From a bacterium (lineage in GTDB: Bacteria; Electryoneota; Electryoneia; Electryoneales; Electryoneaceae), in the NCBI GenBank assembly GCA_019912845.1, contig JAIOHU010000194.1:38603-102602 (forward strand): a stretch of DNA of 64,000 nucleotides, given 5' to 3'. The first letter of the stretch is position 1. Every line of letters begins with the position of its first letter. The translations under genes were made by a program, and so were the position numbers. Positions 8,981 through 18,800 of the stretch are shown here, one piece after another. The notes beneath the pieces were generated by a model, which ran no database searches, was not told the DNA's origin, and was given only the letters and a program-made list of their open reading frames with translations.

Positions 8981-10158
8981 GTATTCGTATACTTCAGGCT
9001 TCTGGTCTCAAGCTGGGTGCACCAGTGCTGCCATCAGGACACGGCTTTAGTGAGGATATCGTACGTCAACGCGAAGCTCTCCAGAATAGCCTGCTGAGCA
9101 GAATCGTAACAATTGCACAGGATCAAAATGTTGATTTATTGATCCTTAATGGTGATTTATTCGATTTTTCATCATTTTGCCTTCCAACAATACGTTCAGT
9201 TATCTCCACCCTTAACACTATTCAGGAGACGGCAGTTGTTATTGTTCCTGGTGTGTCGGACAACTTGAGCGAACTAAGCCCTTACAAGGATATTGTGTCA
9301 ACTGCCCTCGGATTAAATTGGGGAGAACATCGTCATATCTTAAGCGATGTACGGTATTCTAACCTCAGTATCGAAACACTCCCCGACCTTATGATTTCAT
9401 TCTATTCTGATGCTGAGAGTACTATTTTTGAATCACAACCTGCCCCCGTTGAAGGAAAGATAAACATTCTGGTTTGCCCAAGTGCAGGGAATGGCAAGGT
9501 AGATTTAAATCAATATAACAAAGCGGGTTTCCAGTGGGTTATCGTTTCCGGGAGTGGATACGAAGAGGTCTTCTCAAATGAGACTGGTGACGTTCTTGCA
9601 GTAGATTCCGGTGAAGTCTTCCAGAACAGTTTTGAGCATCCTGGGAGTGGGAAAGTGGCGGTGTATGAAGTAGATGAAAATGGGATCAAGAAAGACACCC
9701 TCGATTATCACACAATCGATCCGACAAAATTGTTAACCATTCAGGTCGATCTTCCCCTCGAATATGATGATCAGACTATAGATGATATCATTAAAACGCA
9801 GATTGAAAAGCTGGACGTCACATTTGAAGATATCTTATGGATAAAATTCACAGGGAAACATATTGAAGGTCCTTTCGCTCGCTTTGAAATAAATCAATCA
9901 TTGAACTGTAATGCGTTTTTTATCGATACGAGTTCTGTTGAATTCCCTGGATTGGAAAAGATTGCTGTAATGGGGGATGTCATTCCTGAGATTGCCGAAC
10001 GTTTTCAACTCGCTCTGGAACTTAAGCTGGAAAAAGCCGGCTTAGCCGAATCTGAAAAAGTTGCCTTGCGAACCCTGGCATATCAGTATGGGATATCAGC
10101 TCTACGGGGAAAAACCCCTTATCCCTTTGGGGAAAGTAGTAAAAAGAGCACCGATTAA
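8977..10158 (+). CDS. Mre11/SbcD-like calcineurin-fold phosphoesterase with degenerate metal-binding motifs (YhaO/SbcF-like, probably inactive)
   Basis: The N-terminus is collinear with SbcD, but motif I reads ILQASGLKLG where SbcD has ILHTSDWHLG. Motif II GDLFD is retained. Motif III is GVSD instead of GNHD. Translationally coupled to the ATPase. Confidence 0.55.
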   Translation: MSIRILQASGLKLGAPVLPSGHGFSEDIVRQREALQNSLLSRIVTIAQDQNVDLLILNGDLFDFSSFCLPTIRSVISTLNTIQETAVVIVPGVSDNLSELSPYKDIVSTALGLNWGEHRHILSDVRYSNLSIETLPDLMISFYSDAESTIFESQPAPVEGKINILVCPSAGNGKVDLNQYNKAGFQWVIVSGSGYEEVFSNETGDVLAVDSGEVFQNSFEHPGSGKVAVYEVDENGIKKDTLDYHTIDPTKLLTIQVDLPLEYDDQTIDDIIKTQIEKLDVTFEDILWIKFTGKHIEGPFARFEINQSLNCNAFFIDTSSVEFPGLEKIAVMGDVIPEIAERFQLALELKLEKAGLAESEKVALRTLAYQYGISALRGKTPYPFGESSKKSTD

Positions 10159-10257
10159 GAAGAAGAAATCATTTGGATTCGTTAACACGGTTTTGCACGC
10201 TGAACAATACCTTCTAATTTGATTATTAAACTTCAAGTGCAGGAATAAATTACAATT

Positions 10258-11016
10258 ATGATGAGCAATGAGCCAACATCTCTTCCCGATTCAGGAAGCA
10301 CACCAACATCCAAACTCAAACAAATAAGACAGTGGTTCCTGACCGGTCTGGTCTTCCTTGGTCCTTTGGTTTTGACGATCTGGATTGTCATAAAACTGTT
10401 TCTGCTCACAGACAGTATACTTGGTAAACCAATCCGCCTTTTTCTCGCAGAAGTATTGGACCTTCAGTATTTCAAAGAGGGGACGATTTATGGAATTGGC
10501 TTTTTTGTTTTAATGGGAATCATTTTGTTAGCGGGATGGTTTGCACGTCAATACCTCGGAGTTCGGGTTGCGGGTGTCATCAAATCAACGGTGCAGAGAA
10601 TTCCGTTGGTGAACAAAGTTTACCTCGCGATCTTTCAGATATCCGAAGCGTTACTCGGTGGTCAAAAGGAAGTATTCAAGCAGGCTGTTTTGATAGAATA
10701 TCCACGTAAAGGAACTTACTGCATTGGATTTATGACACAGGATACTCGCGGTCCCATTCAAGATGCCATAAAAGAAGATGTAATCAGTATATTTTTACCC
10801 ACTACTCCAAATCCAACTTCTGGATTCCTTTTGTTTTATCCCAAGACAGATGTGGTACTGTTGCACGTGTCAGTTGCTGAAGCGCTCAAACTTATCATTT
10901 CTGCAGGTGCTGTTGTACCTGAATCACAACGTGGGAGACCTGTTACTGCCAGCCAGGCTGGAATTATTTTTGATCCGCCCGGTTCACCTCCCAATGACAA
11001 GGAGGGGAAGGCGTGA
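10258..11016 (+). CDS. DUF502 family inner-membrane protein
   Basis: Two N-terminal transmembrane helices and the conserved PTTPNPTSGFLL motif typical of DUF502/COG2928. Confidence 0.7.
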   Translation: MMSNEPTSLPDSGSTPTSKLKQIRQWFLTGLVFLGPLVLTIWIVIKLFLLTDSILGKPIRLFLAEVLDLQYFKEGTIYGIGFFVLMGIILLAGWFARQYLGVRVAGVIKSTVQRIPLVNKVYLAIFQISEALLGGQKEVFKQAVLIEYPRKGTYCIGFMTQDTRGPIQDAIKEDVISIFLPTTPNPTSGFLLFYPKTDVVLLHVSVAEALKLIISAGAVVPESQRGRPVTASQAGIIFDPPGSPPNDKEGKA

Positions 11017-12860
11017 GGAGAAGTAGGTTTAGACTACTACTCAACCTGCTTTTACTTATCTTCTCAACCGCAACAGCGGCAAATGATTCACTTTATACCC
11101 GTTTCAGCCAGGAACTGGATACACGTATTTTACAGACCAGAGGCAATTACTCAGTATCAGATTCCACCCTTCACCTCCAATCAAGTGCCTACAGTAAGAT
11201 AACCCTGCGTCAGCTTCCTGGATTTGAACCACAATGGAAACGAGACCTCGGGCTGTCGCTCACTTCCACCAGATTTCTATCCCGGAATTTTGATCTTCTT
11301 TTTGAACTTGAAGGCAGTAATTTTCAGGATCAGGAAGCTCCGGAAAGAGTGCAGAAAGGCGGTGTCTCGCTGCATCCTTATGATCTCCGTCCACTCACTG
11401 ATGGTTCACGTCTGGTGACCGGTCAGAACAGTAAAATTACACGGGGTGTCTTGCGTGGAGGAGTATCATACAACCGATCAACGACCCTGCGAAGTACAAT
11501 GCTGGTGGGAGGAGCGTACGATGAGGAGCTGAAAGGTTCAGGTTCCGGTCCATCCATGCGAGGTGATTTTAAACTCCGTCCAATTGATGACCAGAATATC
11601 CAATTCGGCGGGAACGGTTATATCAATTTGTATGACGACCGACGATATCATGATCTCACATTAGATAATTCAATCGTTCGTGATTTTGGTGATGCAACTG
11701 ACCTTTTTGAAGCAAGCTGGCGCAATCGAAGAAGCGATATTTACCTGGGGCTGGAGGGAAATATCGTCAGTCGTGTACATGATGAACTCAGCTTGAGGAA
11801 TCGTCTCAGCACTCCTTTGAGTGAGGACATGAATGGGGTTTACGACCTTGATTTTCGTCGGTCTAATGTCTCCTATCGTGGTGTTGGTCCTGGTGAAAGC
11901 AGGGAGAATGATCTGGTACATCGTCTCGCCTGGATTTATGCACCATCAATCTGGCAGACCATGCTGCAATACAATTTTGCCGTTGAGGATCGGGACTATG
12001 GCGGCACCTTGACGCTGGGAAGAAGGCAGGAGCTGGAGTTGATTACATCCCGAAATAGCGACAAAGACAGCCTGACAGTAAAACTGGGCACAGAAAAACG
12101 ACGTTATGACTCCCCCGACAGCCTTGAAACCAATGACAGAGATCGCCTGGTTCATCATGCTGAGCTGGTTGGTGGGAGATGGCTGACCCCCTGGGTCTAC
12201 ACAGCAGTTGAAATTTCAGTAATACTTGACCATCTTGTATACATTAAGCAGGAACGTTCAGCGGACAATCACTGGAATCGCGTTATCGCATTACGACCTA
12301 TTGTACAATGGTTTCCTGCTGACGGATGGAACAACACAGCTTCTTTTGAAGTTTTAGCTAACTACAGCGTATATGATTTTGAGAGCATGGATGCACGCTC
12401 CGGGATTCGTAGTCGGGTGTTTAGAAGATGGTCTGCTGCCGACACTCTGACCCTCCCCCTGGGAGGACGTGTTCAATTGTCTCTATCCGGACGATATGAT
12501 CTTGAGGAACGGGGAAGGATTATCTGGGATGATTTTGTCCAGGACCTTTCCGACAAAGCCCGGGTGGGATTCGCTGCCACTCACCTTGAATATATATTTC
12601 TCTCAAGACTTCTCTTGAAAATTGGTTACCGTTATCAGAAACGAGTGGAAGAAAGCTTTGAACAAAGCGATATTGTTTTGCAGCAAAATCAGACAGATCG
12701 AACTTATATCAAACGAGGTCCCTCGCTTCGAGTACAAACCTTGTTCAACAGATCATGGCGATTGCTGGTAGATGGAGATTTTCAAACGATTGATGACAAC
12801 CAACGTGAATCTACTGAAACCCTTAATACGGTTTACGTCACCCTTGTTTACCAGTGGTAG
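11013..12860 (+). CDS. Secreted outer-membrane beta-barrel protein, hypothetical
   Basis: Signal peptide (LLLNLLLLIFSTATAAND). Alternating beta-strand-like pattern. C-terminal aromatic residue (YQW). 4 nt overlap with the DUF502 gene. Confidence 0.5.
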   Translation: MRRSRFRLLLNLLLLIFSTATAANDSLYTRFSQELDTRILQTRGNYSVSDSTLHLQSSAYSKITLRQLPGFEPQWKRDLGLSLTSTRFLSRNFDLLFELEGSNFQDQEAPERVQKGGVSLHPYDLRPLTDGSRLVTGQNSKITRGVLRGGVSYNRSTTLRSTMLVGGAYDEELKGSGSGPSMRGDFKLRPIDDQNIQFGGNGYINLYDDRRYHDLTLDNSIVRDFGDATDLFEASWRNRRSDIYLGLEGNIVSRVHDELSLRNRLSTPLSEDMNGVYDLDFRRSNVSYRGVGPGESRENDLVHRLAWIYAPSIWQTMLQYNFAVEDRDYGGTLTLGRRQELELITSRNSDKDSLTVKLGTEKRRYDSPDSLETNDRDRLVHHAELVGGRWLTPWVYTAVEISVILDHLVYIKQERSADNHWNRVIALRPIVQWFPADGWNNTASFEVLANYSVYDFESMDARSGIRSRVFRRWSAADTLTLPLGGRVQLSLSGRYDLEERGRIIWDDFVQDLSDKARVGFAATHLEYIFLSRLLLKIGYRYQKRVEESFEQSDIVLQQNQTDRTYIKRGPSLRVQTLFNRSWRLLVDGDFQTIDDNQRESTETLNTVYVTLVYQW

Positions 12861-12867
12861 ATCAAAC

Positions 12868-14229
12868 TTGCTCCGCGCTCTATCCCAGCTAAGCTATGCA
12901 CTAATTCTCGTTCTCTTTATTCCCTGCATCTCTTCCGCACAATCCACTCCCGCGGTTATTGATACCATCATCATAGAAGGCAATCGCACGACAAAATCGT
13001 TTGTCATTCTCAGCGAAATGAAGTTAAGCTCGGGAATGGTTGCAACACCTGAGTTGATCGATCAGGACAAGCAACGCTTGGAATCATTAGGATTATTCAG
13101 CCGTGTAGAACTCTATCCTGGAACTATCGGTAATGAACAGGCATTAATTGTCGAAGTCACTGAGCTCTGGTATATCTGGCCTGGTATCTACCTCGAAATT
13201 GATGAAGAAGAAATTGAAAATCTGCAACGAACCGCGTATGGTGGTCATATCAATCACGATAATTTCCGTGGAAGACGTGAACACCTTTCCCTGATCGGGT
13301 TTACCGGCTACCGACGTGGTGGGCAGGCTCGTTGGAAAATCCCCTATCTGTTTTCCACAAGAGAGTGGGGTATGAATGTTGAGATGAAGTGGATGGAGGA
13401 GGATGAACCTGGGATTCTGGCAGAACGTGAGGATATAACCTCGCTGTCACGTTCACTTAGAGCCAGCCTGGGAAGAAGACTAAATCTGGAATCCAGCTAC
13501 TCGATCAGCAGTTCCATCGAAGAGCGTCAGTTTTACGAACGAAATGTTGAGAATGGCAGTGAATATGTTGAGCCGGATACAGACAACGATATTCTTTTCG
13601 AGCTGACCGGTGGTTACCACTATGATACACGCTATTATAACCCCTGGCCTACACAGGGGGTCAACCTCGATATCTCCTTTAGCGTTTCAAATAGTCTGAA
13701 CAGTGGAGATGTTTTATATGTCCGTCCCCTGCTTTCGCTCTCGGCGTACAAATTGGTCGCTCCACGGATTTATCTGGCTGGCAGAATTTACAGTCTGGCG
13801 ACTTTTGGCAGCTCTCCGGTTTTTCGTCGCTACATCATCAACAGACTGAAATCTGTGCGAACCTCAGCAGAACGGAGTCTGGAAGGGGATCGTGCTCTGT
13901 TGCTGCAGTCAGAAGTACGATATGACATCATCGATCGAACCTATCTAACCCTCTGGGCACCGTGGAAACTGCAACGTTACACCCGTAACCTCAAATTTGG
14001 TGTTTCCGTTGCAACCTTTGTTGACTATGGTGTCGTAGATGGTGTACACGGTATATATGATCCAGCGAATAAGCCAGACCGTTATTATGCGGGGTGGGAA
14101 GCGGCGTACGGCGCGGCATTGGTCTTTCATGTGCCCTATCGGGATATCATAAGATTCGAAGTATCTCGAAGCGCACGTTTTCCCGACAGTGGTTACCTTT
14201 TCAAGCTTCGGATTGGACCTGCTTTTTAG
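12868..14229 (+). CDS. Omp85/BamA-superfamily outer-membrane protein with a single POTRA domain
   Basis: POTRA-like segment (IIIEGNRTTKSFVILSEMKLSSGMV...LESLGLFSRVEL) followed by a beta-barrel region. The proposed TTG start at 12868 places the signal peptide (LRALSQLSYALILVLFIPCISSAQ) at the N-terminus. The ATG at 12772 would put 58 aa ahead of the signal peptide. Confidence 0.55.
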   Translation: MLRALSQLSYALILVLFIPCISSAQSTPAVIDTIIIEGNRTTKSFVILSEMKLSSGMVATPELIDQDKQRLESLGLFSRVELYPGTIGNEQALIVEVTELWYIWPGIYLEIDEEEIENLQRTAYGGHINHDNFRGRREHLSLIGFTGYRRGGQARWKIPYLFSTREWGMNVEMKWMEEDEPGILAEREDITSLSRSLRASLGRRLNLESSYSISSSIEERQFYERNVENGSEYVEPDTDNDILFELTGGYHYDTRYYNPWPTQGVNLDISFSVSNSLNSGDVLYVRPLLSLSAYKLVAPRIYLAGRIYSLATFGSSPVFRRYIINRLKSVRTSAERSLEGDRALLLQSEVRYDIIDRTYLTLWAPWKLQRYTRNLKFGVSVATFVDYGVVDGVHGIYDPANKPDRYYAGWEAAYGAALVFHVPYRDIIRFEVSRSARFPDSGYLFKLRIGPAF

Positions 14230-14410
14230 TTCATACTGGAGCGCCACACTCCAGTGTGGCAATTTCTTTGGCTTTTGACAAGTCCAAATTCAACCATCAA
14301 ACCATGCAAGTTGTTCCCCAAGCGGTGTTTTAGGGTCTTCTAAACTCCAAGAAATCCATAGTTTTATAGGTTTTTGCGTTGCCACGAACGGTTTAACCCT
14401 CACTGCTAAT

Positions 14411-14641
14411 TTACAGAAAACTGTTCAAAACATCTGTGCTCATATCAGCTTGGTGAAGTATGCTTTTCAGGGTTCCTTTTTTCAAGTCTTTATTGTGATA
14501 TGGAACGGTAACTGTAAGTTCTGGTCGTTCTGGATGAACCAGAGAGATGTGACTGCCTTGCTGATAGTCAACCTCAAACCCAGCTTTTCTAAGGGCACGA
14601 AGTAATTGTCTTGGTGTGATAACGGGAAGTTTTGGACTCAT
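14411..14641 (-). CDS. hicA: HicA toxin (YcfA-like mRNA interferase)
   Basis: 76 aa with PRQLLRALRKAGFEV...QGSHISLVHP, the hallmark of HicA/YcfA. Confidence 0.8.
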   Translation of the reverse strand: MSPKLPVITPRQLLRALRKAGFEVDYQQGSHISLVHPERPELTVTVPYHNKDLKKGTLKSILHQADMSTDVLNSFL

Positions 14642-14644
14642 CTC

Positions 14645-14881
14645 CTACACCGCCACTGCCAACTTATCGCGTAGTGGCATAGATTCTTGTATATCTTCAG
14701 GTATGGGTAATCCCCGTTTTATTAGTGATGCAATATGGCAACGGATTGCATCTTTTGCCATCTCTTTTGCTTCATCAAGGGTATCCCCTTCGGTGACCAG
14801 TCCCGGCAACGCAGGAATCGTGACAATATATCCGCCTTCCTCTGCCAGTTCAAAGATCGCCGTATATTCCTTTTCTACCAT
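14645..14881 (-). CDS. hicB: HicB-type antitoxin (UPF0150 fold, no DNA-binding extension)
   Basis: 78 aa, YTAIFE...EEGGYIVTIPALPGLVTEGDTLDEAKEMAKDAI pattern of HicB. Lies 3 nt upstream of hicA on the same strand. Confidence 0.7.
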   Translation of the reverse strand: MVEKEYTAIFELAEEGGYIVTIPALPGLVTEGDTLDEAKEMAKDAIRCHIASLIKRGLPIPEDIQESMPLRDKLAVAV

Positions 14882-14986
14882 AGTATTCTCCGTAGGCGAT
14901 AGTAATCATCCTATTAATATAGCAAATGATTGATTGTTTGAACAGATGTTACCAGAAACAAGATCAGAATCGATAAGGTTATTCCC

Positions 14987-15460
14987 ATCCACAATTTCCG
15001 CAATATCCGTGGGTGTTGCGGGAAAACCACAATAATTTGATCCCCTTGCGTAGAAAGATTTGCGTAGCCCTGCGATGTAGCGAAGCGAAACCCGGGGAAC
15101 AGAGGTGCCCTTAACTCAGGGTGGCCCGGGGATGAGAGCAATTCTACTCCACAAAGTGACGAATGTATAGACTTTCAAAACCCCAATATCATTTGTATTC
15201 ATACTCATCCCCGGGTTTCATTCTTTAAGGAGTGTCTCTCTCCAGTCTGGCTTGATCCACCCCGCGTCATGCCAGCATGCTTTTAGCTGGTATCCAGGAG
15301 TAAAATGAATATCCCCGTGTTCCGCAATATCCGAAGATGTTGCGGGAAAATCATTCATCCATTTTATAATAGAAGTGTGCAATTGAATTTGTCCCTTATA
15401 CCCGATGCAAAACATCGGGGCATCTTGGTGAATCACCCCAAGCCAAATCCCAAAAACATC
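14987..15460. repeat. Cluster of genome-specific intergenic hairpin repeat modules (D, CCGCAA hairpin, F and E modules)
   Basis: Module D (tgcgtagccc...gaagcgaaacccgggga...ggggatgagagcaattctact...catactcatccccggg) matches 45581-45730 and 45941-46090. The hairpin cccgatgcaaaacatcgggg matches 45792-45810. Module F at 15263-15299 matches 62995-63031. Confidence 0.6.
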
Positions 15461-15833
15461 ATTTATTTCCCGCAATTCATTGAATTTGTCACAATAGTAG
15501 TGGTATATATTAATGTAGAAACCAACTCGTGTGAAGTGTTCGTTCTGGTACGGGTAACTATTAGGGGGAAATCTTCTTTGTCTTCTATGAAAGGGGCTGA
15601 CACGCCCCTTTCGATCCCCAAAATGATCCAATCGGGTATTTTTGCTAAGATATTTAACGGGAATAAGCGCGATACCTGTAGCAAGCTACAGGTCATCCGT
15701 CGCGAATATTTAATTCGTTGAATGATATAGGATTTATATAAACAAGCCATTGACTTTATTGTGGATCAAGAGTAAACTATTTACAAGATTGCAAAGGATT
15801 ATTGGAATCAGTTATTATTTGCGGGGGTATTTT

Positions 15834-18800
15834 ATGAATCGGATCAAAAGAATATTCACAGTGATCTGCATCCTATTATCATTTGGCAGTAGTATGGCGC
15901 AGGATAGTCTGAACATTAGCATGCTGGGTAGTTTATACAACAATTGGGATCTATCTGCTGATCTTTTTATCGTCGATACTTTGGTGTTTATCGCAACAAC
16001 TGGTAGTGGTTTAAGGATTTTAGACATCCGTAATCCTGGTTCTCTTAATGAGCTTGGTTTTTGTTATACGCCGAGCAATGCCTACGATGTCGCAGTTGCT
16101 GGTGAATATGCATATATCGCAGATGGAAGCGAAGGGCTTTGTGTTGTTAACGTGAGTGATCTGGAAAATCCAGTAGTCGTTGGTTCATTCGATGAACCCG
16201 AGTGGGTTGAAGGTGTGGCAGTTCATGGAGGGTATGCTTACCTGACAGATTTTTATCAAGGAATGTGGATAGTTGATATCAGTGATCCGCAGAATCCTTT
16301 TCAGGTTAGCTATATAATTTCCCCCGATCATTCGCAGGATATCGCAGTTGTTGAAGATTACGCCTATGTCGCCATCTGGGATGAGGGATTATGGATAGTT
16401 GATATCAGTGATCCGGAAAACCCTGAAGAAGTTGCAACCCTCAGAACCCGTGATTCAGCTCGGGATGTTACTGTGTTTGACGGTTTTGCTTACATAGCTG
16501 ATAACGAAGCGGGTCTCTTTATCGCTGATGTAACTGATCCCGAAAATCCCATCGAAGTTGGCTCCTATGATACTCATGGTCGTACCAGAGGTGTAGCTGT
16601 CACAGAGAACTACTCATTTATCGCAGACAGTCGGGGAATGCGAGTGATTGATATCACCCAGTTGGAAAACCCTCTGGAGGTCGGATTTTACGATTCAATG
16701 TCTCGTACCACCAGCCTTGTCATCTCAGATTGGATCGCTTTTATTTCTGATGAGGTTGGTGGCCTTCGAGTTGTTAATGTACACGATCCTGAACAACCCA
16801 TTGAAATAGGCAGTTATGACACACCAGCATGGGCACGAGAGGTAGTGGTACAGGGAGAATATGCTTTTATCGCGCATGATGAAGGTGGGCTTCGAGTAGT
16901 TGATATAAGGAATGGAGAGAATCTGTTCGAAGCAGCATTCCTCACTTTTCGTCGACCAGCAATGAATATTGATTTGCAGGGGGATTACGTATATGTGGGT
17001 ACTTCTGATTGGGAGCGGGAAGAAGGCGGTCTTAGAATTGTCGATATCAGCAACCCAGTTGCACCTGATGAAACTGCTTTTTTCGATCTAGAAGAGGTGG
17101 TCAGTGATCTTGCAGTTTCAGAAGGGATCGCATTTGTCGCTACAAATGAAACTGATCTTCATATCTTGGATGTATCTGATCCCGAAAATCCATCAGAAAT
17201 CAGCCAACTTTACCTGCAGGGAAATGCTAGCAGTGTTGCAGTTGAAGGAAATTTTGCTTACGTCGTAGCTGCTGGTCTCAGGGTGGTTGATGTAGGCGAC
17301 ATTCAAAATCCTGTCGAAGTAGGGTTTTACAATCCGGTTGGCAACAATATTAGACATGTTGCTGTTTCGGGAGATATAGCTTACATTGCTGAGAGAGGTC
17401 TCAAAGTATTAGATGTCAGTAATCCAGAAAACCTCGTCGAAATTGGGGCGTTCAACGCACCAGGATCAATCCGGAATATTACTGTTGTAGACAGTTATGT
17501 GTTTGTCGCTTATTCCTGGAAACTTAGCACATCCGGTGGATGTCTACGTGTGATTGATGTCAGTGACCCAACACACCCAGAACAAACGGGATTTTACAAA
17601 ACTCCAGGTATTGCAAACAATGTTTGTGCCGTAAACCAGTTCGCTTATGTGGCGGATTCCTACCATTTTGAAGTTTATGACTGTTCCTATGCAATTGATT
17701 GGCCGGATACTGCCAGTGTATCTGGAATCGTAATTGATGAAGAAACCAGTGAGGTTATCTCCGGAGCTGTAGTGTCTTTCGATGAACATCAAACTTCCAC
17801 AAATGAAAATGGTGAATACAACTTCACCCTCCTTTCTCCTGATAATTATTCTGTAGATGCTTATGCTCTGGACTACGAACCATTTCATGCTGGAAGAGTA
17901 CAGCTTGAATCTGGGGAGAACACTTATAATTTTTCTATGCGAAAGAATGAAAGTTTAAATATCGAAATCCTCTCGATGATCGAGTCTCACTACTACAACG
18001 AAGCTGTGGCAATCGAAGGCGATTTTGCATATGTGGCGGATCAGGATTCAGGATTACGCGTTATTGATGTTTCTGATCCGCAATTCCCAAGAGAAATTGG
18101 TTTTTTTCCCGCAAATGACGCATTTCGCGGTGTCGTTGTGTCAAATGGTTACGCTTATCTTGCTGACCACGGAGCAGGATTTCGTATTGCTGATGTCAGT
18201 GATCCAGAAATTCCTGTTGCAGCAGGATCTCTTGCCACGCCAAACCGAGCAAATAAAGTCGTCGTAGAGGGAGATTATGCATACATAGCAAATACCTATG
18301 ACGGTTTGCGTATTGTCAATGTGAGTGATGCGGCAAATCCTGTGGAAATAGGTGTCTGCAATACACCTGACTGTGCGCTTGATGTAGTAGTCGGGGAAGG
18401 TTTCGCGTATATCGCGGATTATAATGAAGGTTTACGGGTGATCGATATTCATGATCCAGCAATTCCGGTTGAAATCGGCTATTTTACAACAGATGATGAA
18501 TGCGCAATTTGCGTTACTGTTGATGGGAATTATGCCTATGTTGGATATGGTATGGATGGGCTTCGCGTCCTTGATATTAGAAATCCGGCTAACCCTGTAG
18601 AAATTAGCCATTATCAAACACCGGGTCGTGTCTACTGCATCAAAGTTGTTGAAAACTTTGCTTTTATTGCTGATTTTTACGATGGATTAAGAGTGCTCGA
18701 TATCAGCGATCCCACCAATATTGCAGAAACAGGTTTTTATAATACGCCAGGAACAGCCCAATGGGTCGAAATTGAAGGTAACCTTGCGTATGTCGCTGAT

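Noticed and set aside
12772-12867. ATG at 12772 as the start of the Omp85-family gene
   Set aside because: It would place 58 residues ahead of an obvious signal peptide and overlap the previous gene by 89 nt. The in-frame TTG at 12868, just after the upstream stop, gives a normal signal peptide.
15069-15215. Module D (…gaagcgaaacccgggga…ggggatgagagcaattctact…) as a tRNA or other structured RNA gene
   Set aside because: No cloverleaf with acceptor/T-arm pairing could be drawn. It occurs in both orientations and in tandem, which is more consistent with a MITE/REP-like repeat.
15218-15750. Three overlapping ORFs (15218-15631 minus, 15305-15721 plus, 15463-15750 minus) in the region upstream of the first cargo gene
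   Set aside because: They lie within the hairpin-repeat island, overlap each other in different frames, and their sequence is explained by repeat modules and the conserved leader.
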